Shown one piece after another: positions 19,801 to 28,503 of a DNA stretch of 64,000 bases. The stretch's first letter is position 1; every line of letters starts with the position of its first letter. The position numbers and the translations under genes were made by a program. Where the stretch lies: positions 1 to 64,000 of IMG/VR virus record IMGVR_UViG_3300032092_000004, one strand, 5' to 3'. This stretch comes from a virus. Below the pieces are notes generated by a model that saw nothing but the letters and a program-made list of their open reading frames with translations, did not search any database and was not told where the DNA came from.

Positions 19801-22800
19801 CGATACAACAAGGTGTGTTTAATTTTAGATACAAACAAAATGATCCTTATCCTTATAAAAGTGCAGCATATTTGTTCTTGAATAGTTTACCTTTAGGTAC
19901 TTTAAGAGAAAAATACAAAACTTTTGATGGTCAGGCAACAACTGATTTGAACTATATCTTATCCACAATGAAAAAATTTGGTGCTGTTCATAAGTTACCA
20001 TATGCTTGGATTTTGAAATACGGATCTATTTGGCACAGATATAAAACCTATGACAAAACAGGAAAAGACTTTTTAGATGATGTATGGAAAAACTTTAACT
20101 ATTTGGAAAATTGGGATCCAGGTTTTTCTTCATCAACAAAAACATATTCATTATTAATTGATGGAGATCAAAAAAATCTTGTATTACAAAATAATTCGGG
20201 ATCACCGACATTTACAGATATGACAACAGGATTCTATCCCCAATTAATCGACGACTTCAACGTATTCTTACAAGGGTTAAAATTATTCAGTGGTAAAACA
20301 CAAGTAACAGGTAGTGCGGTAGTTCAGAGTATTTCAGGAAATTCTAATGTGTTTACGGTTACAGGAACCTGTACTTGTGCGGGAAGTGCAATAACTGTAA
20401 ACTCAATTACTAAGAACTTCATCCAAGTAAATGATACAATATCTATACCAATTGGTAATATAAATATTAATTTAGTGGTTACTGGTATTGGACCAAATAC
20501 ATCAGGTGGGACAGGTACATATAGTGTAACCCCAAGTTTTACGTCAACAACAACTAATTTTGTTTTAGGTAGCTACATTAGTGTTAGCGGTTTAACTTTG
20601 AGTTCTTTAGGTACAGGTAGTATTTTAACAGGATCTTCAATAAGTCCTCAAGTAACAATACAAAAACAAATTACGGGACCAACACACTCAAATGGGGTTT
20701 ATAAGTTAACATCATCAGCGGCTACGGTTGCTTCAGACTTTAGAGTTCTTAACCCACCACTACAAGTAAATCAAATTGATAGTAACGTTTTAAGTGCTGG
20801 ACAAATAATAAACGGACCTAACTTAAATGGTAACGTTACAATTATAAGTCAAATTTCAGGAACAACAGGTGGTAACGGTATATACATAGTATCCTCAGGA
20901 CAAACAGAACCAACATCATCACCATTTGTTGTACAAAACCAATATATACAAGGTATAGGTTCCTCGGCAATACAACCATTATTAGACAATAAAAAACTAA
21001 TAATATTTAATACAACAGACTCAACTATATATGGGGCACCAGGATTTGACCCAAATAGTGCACTTAGAACTATGAGAATATCACCTTATTCTGTTATTGT
21101 TAGATCAACTGACGAAACAGGGTATTATGTTCTACCATCTTTTGGATCAAATGTAAATCAGGCAAAAGAAGAGGCATTTAAAAATGGTAGTATGAAGACA
21201 GAATTGTATAACAATCCTGCAATGTTTAATGGAAGTGTAAGGTTATTTTGGAACGCACCTCAATACGGATGGTTTAATAATGATCAAGTTAAAAAGAACA
21301 ATCCTATAACTTATTTAAAAGAAATTTTGAATGAACAAAAAGAACAACAAAACTTTTTGATTTCAGGAGAGATAAATGATTATACAAGTTTTGAAGAATT
21401 ATTCACAACATTTAATAGTCAAACCTTAGATTTGTTTGAATCCGAATTTTTAAATTTCAGTAGATCTCTTTATGATTATGTTGACACATTACCTGAGACT
21501 ACAAAATCTGAAGTGTTAAACGCCACAACAACCCAAGTTAAAAATCCTGATGGTAGCGTTGTTGAAATTAAAAATCCTGACGGAAGTGTTGGGTCATTAT
21601 CTCAAAAAACATTTAAGAATTTTCATTTCTTAATGAAAGAATTAATGAAAATACAAACCCCAACAGGAACGTCACCTGAAACAAAACTTAGTGAAATAAT
21701 TACAAGTCAAAACACACAGTTTCAACAAGTATTGTCATCTTTTGTGAACTATGATGTGGCCTTTAAATTTGGAAACCCGACTCAGTTTGATAGAAGATTG
21801 TACTTAACTTTCTCAACAAGGTTCTTAGAGAACCCAATTATTTATGGACCATATGAACAAGGAACACTACCACCACAAGTTACTGTTGCTCAATCAAAAC
21901 AACAAAGTCCTGAAACGTGGAAAAAACTATTATATTATGTTGGAGAATCTTCAATACCTAAATTACAATATAAAAATAACGGATCATACATAACAGACTT
22001 CTTCATTGATTTAAACGTCCAATTTAATGAAAAAAACGTTGAGGATTTTGCACCACTTATTAAAGTATATGCCAGTGAAAAATTAAAAAATAATAACTTG
22101 AATTTGTCTTCATTTTATTCTTTGATGGATAATTACATAATTGCATCTGATAATTACATAGGTAATGTTATTAATGTAATGTTACCTCAAGTAAGAAAAG
22201 AATTACCAACAGTTTTAATCAATCAAGAGTTAACGGATAATAGGGCTAATTTGGAGGCAGGTTTTACTGAACAAACAAGAACTGAATTATGGGAAACATT
22301 TAAGGCATTAAATGATAGTTGGATTGCAGGATTCGATTTTCAAAACAAAACATTATTTGAAGATGTTCTTTTGGTAGATAGAGCGAGTAGAAATGTTGGA
22401 GATAAAATTATTGTGGACATTTTTGAAATTCAAGAGTTGATAACTGACGGAAGCTATAAGAATACATTGTTGGATATGATTACAACGATATTGGTTCAGA
22501 ATAACTTCCAATATTTTATGTTACCTGCATTTGTTAATTTCTACAATATCCAAGATGTTGAAAAAAACCCAACTCCTAGACCTGACGGAACTTTAGAATT
22601 TGGTAATTCTTTATTTGGAACATTCTTAAATGTTGATTACAGAAATAGTTCACCAAAATTCTTATGTTATTATGTTAACAAACCAAGCGAACACTTGGAT
22701 ATGAATGACAATATAGATTATAGATATCGAGATGATGCTTTTGATCTTAGACGAGCTAGTGATAACCCACTTCAAGAAAACCAAGCTTACAAGTTAGATT

Positions 22801-23963
22801 GGGATAAATCAAACAAAGTAGTCGGATTCAATGTGGACGTAACAAAACCAAACCAACAAATCTTTAAAAGTTTCAGTGTTAACCAAAATCCTGGAAAACC
22901 AACATCTGAATCTTTAGAAATGTTAAATCAAATGGCTAACTTGGGTGGTAACAGAAGATCAACAACTCAATCCGTTTCTTTATATAACCTTTATAAAAAT
23001 AGAAGTTATGAATGTAGTGTTGAGATGATGGGATGTGCATTAATCCAACCATTAATGTATTTTAATATCAGAAACGTTCCTATGTTCTCAGGACCATATA
23101 TGATTACAAAGGTTACTCATGACATTACTGAAGATACCTTTAATACATCATTTACAGGAACAAGACAACCATTCTATGCATTACCTAAGATTGATAACTT
23201 TGTTCAGACACTTAATATTAAAATATTAAACACAATACAATCAAGGATCCAACAAAACGAAAAGAAAGAAAGAGAAAGTTCTGCAAACGTTTTAGCTCAA
23301 AAAGAAAATGTGTTGTCTAATATTAAAGCGGAAGAAAAACTAACAAAAAATCAAGATTGTGTTGCGAATATTAATCCAAGATATCTGAATTATAATGGCC
23401 TTGATGTGCCGGCACAAACATCTCAAACAACAAAAGAATTGTTTAATGTTATAAGAGATGAATTATTAAGTAGAGGTTATACGGCAACGGGAGATACAAC
23501 ACCACTTATTGCGGGATTGGCATTTACAATGGTATATGTTGATTCGGGTAAGGGAGCAGGAATTAATGCCTATGAGAATAACTACAGCACTATAAATCTG
23601 ACTGAAGTCTATGGACCTAATTTTGTAAACTACATTAAGAAAAATTATTATTGTATTACAAGAGGAACTAACAGTAACTTACCTGTTGCATCGTTCAATA
23701 CATTTAAAGATTTTATAAAATTTGTAGTAGATAAAACATCAACATTAAAAACATTGTTAGAACAAGATAAAAATAATTTTGATTTCTCAACATTAGAAGG
23801 ATTATCAGCAGCAACTGCAAAACAATATGTATTAAGTTATCCTGTTGAACAACCCGCAAATGTATATACTAGTTTAACTGAACAAGAAAAATTAACATTA
23901 CAACAAGAATTTGTTGCTGCTTATAATGTTTACGAAACAGTACAAACTTTCACAATAAGCTGA
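16863..23963 (+). CDS. Giant baseplate hub protein (gp27/VgrG-like C-terminal motif) with inserted beta-rich repeats
   Basis: SYECSVEMMGCALIQPLMYFNIRNVPMFSGPYMITKVTHDI hub-type motif; follows the LysM/gp53-like gene. Confidence 0.6.
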   Translation: MADNGENILVEFDYDNITLIDPNKLIDEQGNVKDRLVKQEDLIFYANLECNVLPRTKLAVGSAMNDQQRTISVGRINFLNPGHKTFLDTAWSDELTGKGTLEGKGVNQPKLTAVKNPNKSDDYYITQNLWSNGTPGAVDNGFLGIKSIRFSIGTDFLPVIDIELEDVKGRALFEGGNSSPYSAFFQLPYPQFTLTMKGYYGKAVKFPIMLQSFSSKFNPSTHNFEISLKFYGYKYTLLSYVNYGSLMAVPHMYNNVVNQTTASKTQGSNTNDQSAQAPTIVSRGYQKMKEIYSDYKSKGLIPDDFPEITLNQLNFRLQKFIDDVLSKFAKENLGVLTEMTNYTNALTLYQQKVFLYGSSWFNTYMNVKSPIVLKNGQNIYDFKPDLDAQKQETALTELEGIIKDNNAKLNENSIFGTNGSYTVGNKTVQSKIPVPIETKTFAKGELITNVDLEKTFRASPNAPKGTLSPSNTPQTGLTATDLAFATFKTNLETKFKETNGQFFIFDGPNTFMSITDTAGKSAQKFRTQIEQQITESLASKFNEQGENSLGFIPSIRNILAIFYCQGEAFLRLLDEVHKKAWDQRENPYRRAAIFGNQTTAPSVDIKDSTQNNEPIYPWPQVIQETVGDDNQEKFQVIYPGAQNVANSYRAYDPEIWPEVEFVEQFIKGYTQRQNDADKRGAEFNEIDLQPSRISLNGIDFPVSNEVFQNKEESKYFFEIYERLLLNSYYSRLNRQSGYNLSIYEAEADDEAVNILTSLGQDNPFLSKTIKEYLLDSNNYLPFLRHISNQGQGESWQSYIRGEFVTNYIKNDVNNPNVLYNEDIIVSTKSQPNVSLSNPKNLTNLNKYIAGSSSSNTFEFGDTYPITDLDWDRKNLANGKSLNNANEAFDTKDVLNYNPTQLTITNFLDNTNENQRRPFTYFNFVNLNVTPDVTNLKTFYKDRKYQDQLVTEGNISYSNYSGNVFSEQTTSMLNTPYFINAIQQGVFNFRYKQNDPYPYKSAAYLFLNSLPLGTLREKYKTFDGQATTDLNYILSTMKKFGAVHKLPYAWILKYGSIWHRYKTYDKTGKDFLDDVWKNFNYLENWDPGFSSSTKTYSLLIDGDQKNLVLQNNSGSPTFTDMTTGFYPQLIDDFNVFLQGLKLFSGKTQVTGSAVVQSISGNSNVFTVTGTCTCAGSAITVNSITKNFIQVNDTISIPIGNININLVVTGIGPNTSGGTGTYSVTPSFTSTTTNFVLGSYISVSGLTLSSLGTGSILTGSSISPQVTIQKQITGPTHSNGVYKLTSSAATVASDFRVLNPPLQVNQIDSNVLSAGQIINGPNLNGNVTIISQISGTTGGNGIYIVSSGQTEPTSSPFVVQNQYIQGIGSSAIQPLLDNKKLIIFNTTDSTIYGAPGFDPNSALRTMRISPYSVIVRSTDETGYYVLPSFGSNVNQAKEEAFKNGSMKTELYNNPAMFNGSVRLFWNAPQYGWFNNDQVKKNNPITYLKEILNEQKEQQNFLISGEINDYTSFEELFTTFNSQTLDLFESEFLNFSRSLYDYVDTLPETTKSEVLNATTTQVKNPDGSVVEIKNPDGSVGSLSQKTFKNFHFLMKELMKIQTPTGTSPETKLSEIITSQNTQFQQVLSSFVNYDVAFKFGNPTQFDRRLYLTFSTRFLENPIIYGPYEQGTLPPQVTVAQSKQQSPETWKKLLYYVGESSIPKLQYKNNGSYITDFFIDLNVQFNEKNVEDFAPLIKVYASEKLKNNNLNLSSFYSLMDNYIIASDNYIGNVINVMLPQVRKELPTVLINQELTDNRANLEAGFTEQTRTELWETFKALNDSWIAGFDFQNKTLFEDVLLVDRASRNVGDKIIVDIFEIQELITDGSYKNTLLDMITTILVQNNFQYFMLPAFVNFYNIQDVEKNPTPRPDGTLEFGNSLFGTFLNVDYRNSSPKFLCYYVNKPSEHLDMNDNIDYRYRDDAFDLRRASDNPLQENQAYKLDWDKSNKVVGFNVDVTKPNQQIFKSFSVNQNPGKPTSESLEMLNQMANLGGNRRSTTQSVSLYNLYKNRSYECSVEMMGCALIQPLMYFNIRNVPMFSGPYMITKVTHDITEDTFNTSFTGTRQPFYALPKIDNFVQTLNIKILNTIQSRIQQNEKKERESSANVLAQKENVLSNIKAEEKLTKNQDCVANINPRYLNYNGLDVPAQTSQTTKELFNVIRDELLSRGYTATGDTTPLIAGLAFTMVYVDSGKGAGINAYENNYSTINLTEVYGPNFVNYIKKNYYCITRGTNSNLPVASFNTFKDFIKFVVDKTSTLKTLLEQDKNNFDFSTLEGLSAATAKQYVLSYPVEQPANVYTSLTEQEKLTLQQEFVAAYNVYETVQTFTIS

Positions 23964-23984
23964 TATTTATAAATAAAAATACTT

Positions 23985-24209
23985 ATGAGTACTAAAATGT
24001 TATTGGATAATTACTTGGGGAAAAACACAAGAGTATCCGAAAAAGATATGGGTGACGGAACAAAACAAGTTTGTGATTTAGACACAGGAGATTGTTATAC
24101 TGTCAGAATTAAAGACGGACTTATCGAAAGAGTCGACAACACTATGAGAACATTTAAAAAAATTCAAGTGGAAACTAATCAAGGTTATAAAACATTATTA
24201 AACGGTTAA
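23985..24209 (+). CDS. Small hypothetical protein (late-type promoter)
   Basis: ORF with TATTTATA at 23964; VCDLDTGDCY motif. Confidence 0.7.
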   Translation: MSTKMLLDNYLGKNTRVSEKDMGDGTKQVCDLDTGDCYTVRIKDGLIERVDNTMRTFKKIQVETNQGYKTLLNG

Positions 24210-24210
24210 G

Positions 24211-24906
24211 ATGGGCATAGACGACAAAATCCTAAAAGAGATCGCAAGATACAATTCGATCAACAAATATATTACGGAACAAGATATTCCGGCACCTCCT
24301 GCAGATGCGGCGGCAATACCTCCACCTCCGGCAGATGCAGCAGCACCGACTGATCCTGCAGCGGCAGGTGTAGATCCTGCGGCACCAACACCTCCAGCGG
24401 CTCCTGGCGCAGAAGGGGAAGCGACACCTGTTGATGTTGCTGCAGATCCTGATGTTGAAGAAGTTCCTGCTGAAGGGGAAGAAGGTGAAGGAGAAACTGA
24501 AGAATTAGACATCACTGATCTTGTTGATTCACAAAAAACAATTGCCGACAAACAAGAAGAATACTTTACAAATCTTTTTGACCAAATCAAAACTATGGAA
24601 GAAAAGTTAGCAGAAATGGATACGATCGTTTCTAAGTTAGATTCTTTGGAAGCTAAAGTTGAAAAATACAGACCAAAAACAGCACAAGAAAAATTACAAC
24701 TTAGATCATTAGATTCAGGACCATTCAAACAAAATTTAGCTGATTTCTTTGACGAGAAAAAAGATGAAATGGAACAGACAGGGAAAAATGAATATGTTCT
24801 AACTCAAGATGAGGTTGAAAGTTTTAGCCCATCTGACATAGAAAAATCTTTTAATGAACCAATGGAGGATGAAGACGATATTTTATTGAACAGATTTAAT
24901 TCATAA
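24211..24906 (+). CDS. Acidic Pro/Ala-rich coiled-coil protein, possibly a head scaffold or internal protein
   Basis: N-terminal ILKEIARYNSINKYITEQ, a PA-rich linker, an acidic tract and a coiled coil. Confidence 0.55.
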   Translation: MGIDDKILKEIARYNSINKYITEQDIPAPPADAAAIPPPPADAAAPTDPAAAGVDPAAPTPPAAPGAEGEATPVDVAADPDVEEVPAEGEEGEGETEELDITDLVDSQKTIADKQEEYFTNLFDQIKTMEEKLAEMDTIVSKLDSLEAKVEKYRPKTAQEKLQLRSLDSGPFKQNLADFFDEKKDEMEQTGKNEYVLTQDEVESFSPSDIEKSFNEPMEDEDDILLNRFNS

Positions 24907-24943
24907 GTTTTAAGGTCGATAAATTCGACCTTAAACTTTTTTT
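24905..24943 (+). terminator. Intrinsic terminator
   Basis: TTTAAGGTCGA-taaat-TCGACCTTAAA hairpin followed by a T-tract. Confidence 0.8.
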
Positions 24944-24954
24944 GGCGACACAAT

Positions 24955-24983
24955 TTGACTATAACTTTTTATACACTTATAAT
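24955..24983 (+). promoter_or_regulatory. Sigma70-type promoter for the replication genes
   Basis: TTGACT (24955-60), 17-nt spacer, TATAAT (24978-83), just upstream of the SSB gene. Confidence 0.75.
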
Positions 24984-25014
24984 TTTAATATAAACCTTTA
25001 ATTTTTATTTACAC

Positions 25015-25881
25015 ATGGCGACAAACCCACTAGACGCAGTACTTGCACAGTACGAGAAATCAACTCAAAGTAGTAACAATTCTACATCAAAGATGTCTTC
25101 TGAAGACCGAATGAAAAAATATTTCGCGGCTCTTTTGAAAGACAATGAAAAACAAGGACAGAGACGAGTACGTATTCTTCCTACAACAGACGGATCTTCA
25201 CCGTTCAAAGAAGTATGGTTCCACGAAATCCTTGTGGACGGTAAATACCAAAAATTTTATGATCCAGGAAAAAATGACAACGAGCGTTCACCTTTAAATG
25301 AAGTTTATGAGGAGCTTATGTCTACAGGTAGAGATGCCGACAAACAATTGGCAGCACAGTACAGAGCACGTAAGTTTTATATTGTAAAAGTTATTGATCG
25401 TGATAACGAACAAGACGGAGTAAAATTTTGGAGATTTAAACACAATTACAAACAAGAAGGAATCCTTGATAAAATTATTCCAATTTGGAAGGCAAAAGGA
25501 GATATTACTGATCCTGATAAAGGACGTGACCTTATTCTTGAATTAACAAAGGCAAAAACACCAAAAGGGGCTTTCTACACGGTAATCCAAACAGTTATGT
25601 ATGATGACCCATCGACAATTTCAGAAGACGAAACTCAAATGTCAGAGTGGGTTTCTGATGAGTTAACTTGGGAAAACGTATATTCTAAAAAACCTGTTGA
25701 GTATCTTGAGGCAATCGCTCGTGGTGAAACTCCACGTTGGGACTCTGAAAAGGGTGGATATGTGTATTCTAATGACGAAACATCTGAAGTATCTATGGGT
25801 GGAACACCAGCACCAAAATCAATCAACGAAGTTGCTGATCCACAAGCAAACGACGAGATTGATGAAGAATTACCATTCTAA
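25015..25881 (+). CDS. Single-stranded DNA-binding protein (T4 gp32-like)
   Basis: RVRILPTTDGSSPFKEVWFH, FYIVKVIDRDNEQDGVKFWRF, DITDPDKGRDL, acidic tail ending DEELPF. Confidence 0.88.
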   Translation: MATNPLDAVLAQYEKSTQSSNNSTSKMSSEDRMKKYFAALLKDNEKQGQRRVRILPTTDGSSPFKEVWFHEILVDGKYQKFYDPGKNDNERSPLNEVYEELMSTGRDADKQLAAQYRARKFYIVKVIDRDNEQDGVKFWRFKHNYKQEGILDKIIPIWKAKGDITDPDKGRDLILELTKAKTPKGAFYTVIQTVMYDDPSTISEDETQMSEWVSDELTWENVYSKKPVEYLEAIARGETPRWDSEKGGYVYSNDETSEVSMGGTPAPKSINEVADPQANDEIDEELPF

Positions 25882-25899
25882 TTTTATTAAACAAAATGT

Positions 25900-25930
25900 A
25901 ACGGGAGCAGTTTATTGTTCCCGTTTTTTT
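25900..25930 (+). terminator. Intrinsic terminator after the SSB gene
   Basis: AACGGGAGCAG...TTGTTCCCGTT hairpin followed by a T-tract. Confidence 0.7.
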
Positions 25931-25969
25931 GTCTATATTTTATAGTACAAATACTTAAAAATTTATCAT

Positions 25970-26977
25970 ATGGCACTTAAAAAAAATGACTTTAGTTCAT
26001 TGAAGAAAAAATTCTCTTCAGATGCAAAATATAAACCACAAAGATTTTTTGATCTTGGATCTCATTTCTTAGATGCGGTAGGTTTACCTGGACCCGCAAT
26101 TGGACACCTTAATATGTATTTAGGTCACTCTGACACAGGAAAAACAACGGCACTTGTTAAAACTGCGGTTGATGCTCAAAAGAAAGAAATTCTACCTGTA
26201 TTCATTATTACAGAACAAAAATGGTCATTTGATCATGCAAAATTAATGGGGTTTGAATGTGAGGAAGTAGTTGATGAAGAAACAGGTGAGTTAACTTGGG
26301 ACGGATTCTTTTTGTTTAATAACAACTTCAGTTATATTGAACAAATTACAGATTACATTAACGATCTATTGGACGCACAAGAAAAAGGTGAATTAGATTA
26401 TTCACTTTGTATAATGTGGGATTCAGTTGGATCAGTTCCTTGTAAAATGACTTACGAGGGTAAAGGAGGTAAACAACACAACGCAAGTGTTTTAGCCGAC
26501 AAAATTGGTATGGGTATCAACCAACGTATTTCAGGATCTCGTAAAGCAGATTCTAAATATGAAAATACCTTAATCATTGTTAATCAGCCTTGGGTAGAAT
26601 TACCTGATAATCCATTTGGTCAACCTAAAATCAAGGCAAAAGGTGGTGAAGCAATTTGGTTAAACTCTTCTTTGGTATTCTTATTTGGTAATCAAAAAGG
26701 TGCAGGTACAACAAAGATCACAGCAACAAAAGATAAGAGAACTGTAAAGTTCGCTTCAAGAACAAAAGTATCGGTTATGAAAAACCACATTAATGGTCTT
26801 GGTTTTGAAGATGGAAGAATCATTGTAACACCACATGGTTTCTTGCCAGGTAAAGATACTACCGAAGAAAAATCATCAATAGAAAAGTACAAAAAAGAAT
26901 ATGCTGACTATTGGAAAGACATAATCGGAGTTGATGGTGACTTTGATTTGAAAGCAGAAAAGGAAGAGGTTGAGTAG
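25970..26977 (+). CDS. uvsX: RecA/UvsX-like recombinase
   Basis: Walker A GHSDTGKTT, Walker B IMWDSVG, IIVNQ, KGGEAIW, KNH motifs. Confidence 0.88.
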   Translation: MALKKNDFSSLKKKFSSDAKYKPQRFFDLGSHFLDAVGLPGPAIGHLNMYLGHSDTGKTTALVKTAVDAQKKEILPVFIITEQKWSFDHAKLMGFECEEVVDEETGELTWDGFFLFNNNFSYIEQITDYINDLLDAQEKGELDYSLCIMWDSVGSVPCKMTYEGKGGKQHNASVLADKIGMGINQRISGSRKADSKYENTLIIVNQPWVELPDNPFGQPKIKAKGGEAIWLNSSLVFLFGNQKGAGTTKITATKDKRTVKFASRTKVSVMKNHINGLGFEDGRIIVTPHGFLPGKDTTEEKSSIEKYKKEYADYWKDIIGVDGDFDLKAEKEEVE

Positions 26978-26999
26978 AAATCATTTAAGATTTGAGAAA

Positions 27000-28010
27000 G
27001 TGCCCAAAACATTATTAGTAGACGGAAATAATTTATTAAAAATTGGATTTCATGGTGTTAGAGAATTCTATCACAATGGAAAACATGTTGGAGGTGTTTG
27101 GCACTTTCTTAATACTCTTCGTAAATTCTTGGAAGAACACAACTATGATAAGGTTGTAGTATTTTGGGATTCTAAAACCTCATCTTCACAAAGAAGATTG
27201 ATTTACCCAAAGTACAAATTAAATCGGAGACCTTCCGAATCAGAACAAAAAGAAGAAGCTTTCTTGGAACAAAAGCAGAGGGTTAGACAATACCTCGAGG
27301 AGATGTTTGTAAGACAATTGGAGACAGATCACTCAGAGGCTGATGACTTGATAGCTTATTACTGCCAAGTGTCATTAGATGAGACAAAAACCATATTCTC
27401 AAGTGATAGGGACTTGACCCAACTTATCTCTGAAAAAGTATCAATTTATTCACCATCCACAAAACAATATTATAAATTGGGGGATAAAATTAAATTACAT
27501 GATATTGAAGTTCCCCACTTTAATGTTAAAACCGTAAAGATACTCACTGGTGATAGTTCCGATAATATTGATGGGATTTATTATCTTGGTGAGAAGACTT
27601 TGGTGAAATTGTTTCCTGAGCTACTTGAAGAATTAATACAAATACCCTATATTTTAAGTACAAGTACTAATTTACTTAAAGAGGAAAAGGGGAATGTTGC
27701 TCTTCAGAATCTATTAAGTGGTAAAACTAAAGAAGGTATTTTTGGTGATGAATTTTTCGTAATCAACCAAAAACTAGTTGACTTAGACGATCCACTCTTA
27801 AGTGATGAAGACAAAGAATTAGTTAAATTATATTACACTGAGTCGATGGATCCCGACGGAAGAGGACATAGAAATTTAATTAGAATGATGATGGAAGATG
27901 GATTCTTCAAATACCTACCTAAGGGTGACGATGATTGGGTTAGTTTTTTGAAACCATTTTTAAAGTTAACAAGAAAAGAAAAAACAAATTTTAGAAACAA
28001 AAAAAATTAA
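27000..28010 (+). CDS. 5'-3' exonuclease / flap endonuclease (T4 RNase H / PolI N-terminal family); start probably GTG 27000 rather than TTG 26970
   Basis: LLVDGNNL, VFWD, RRLIYPKYKLNR, EADDLIA, SSDRDLTQL, LTGDSSDNIDGIYYLGEKT. Confidence 0.92.
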   Translation: MPKTLLVDGNNLLKIGFHGVREFYHNGKHVGGVWHFLNTLRKFLEEHNYDKVVVFWDSKTSSSQRRLIYPKYKLNRRPSESEQKEEAFLEQKQRVRQYLEEMFVRQLETDHSEADDLIAYYCQVSLDETKTIFSSDRDLTQLISEKVSIYSPSTKQYYKLGDKIKLHDIEVPHFNVKTVKILTGDSSDNIDGIYYLGEKTLVKLFPELLEELIQIPYILSTSTNLLKEEKGNVALQNLLSGKTKEGIFGDEFFVINQKLVDLDDPLLSDEDKELVKLYYTESMDPDGRGHRNLIRMMMEDGFFKYLPKGDDDWVSFLKPFLKLTRKEKTNFRNKKN

Positions 28011-28019
28011 AAAAAACAA

Positions 28020-28469
28020 ATGAAAGAACAGGATATTACCAAAGTTGAATTTTTGTTAATGTGTAACGATAACATTGTGGTTCAGAGATTCTTTAATGTT
28101 AGAAACTTTAATAAAAATGCTCACAAATCTGAGGATTTTTATTATCACATTGAGAGTATTTGTGATGAGTTAAAATACGATCTTAAAATGAGATCTCTAA
28201 CTTATATGTTGGACAACCAATATGAAATTTCAGAAAATCCAGATGTATTAAATACATCAATTACGGACGGTCCGGAAAATTTTAATCTAATAATTAAGCT
28301 CGGAGACATGACAATTTGTCAGCGTGAGTTTGATGCTAAAGTATACCCCCCAAAGGTAAGATACACCGTAGACCTACGCCCAAAGTTAAAAAACATCCTC
28401 TCATCACTTACTGACATTTTTTCAGGTAAAAATTTTAATTATTTTTATCCTGAATTTATCAAAAACTAA
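28020..28469 (+). CDS. Hypothetical protein in the replication operon
   Basis: 149-aa ORF tightly packed between the exonuclease and helicase; no recognised motif. Confidence 0.75.
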   Translation: MKEQDITKVEFLLMCNDNIVVQRFFNVRNFNKNAHKSEDFYYHIESICDELKYDLKMRSLTYMLDNQYEISENPDVLNTSITDGPENFNLIIKLGDMTICQREFDAKVYPPKVRYTVDLRPKLKNILSSLTDIFSGKNFNYFYPEFIKN

Positions 28470-28503
28470 TACTATTTATTTTTACTAAAGAAGAGAAAAC
28501 TAT

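Noticed and set aside
24198-24728. Antisense ORFs in the ORF track (e.g. 24198..24728, 10156..10671, 33332..33763, 53377..54075, 5219..5521)
   Set aside because: They are shadows of well-supported + strand genes, explained by codon bias or repeats, and lack promoters or recognisable motifs.
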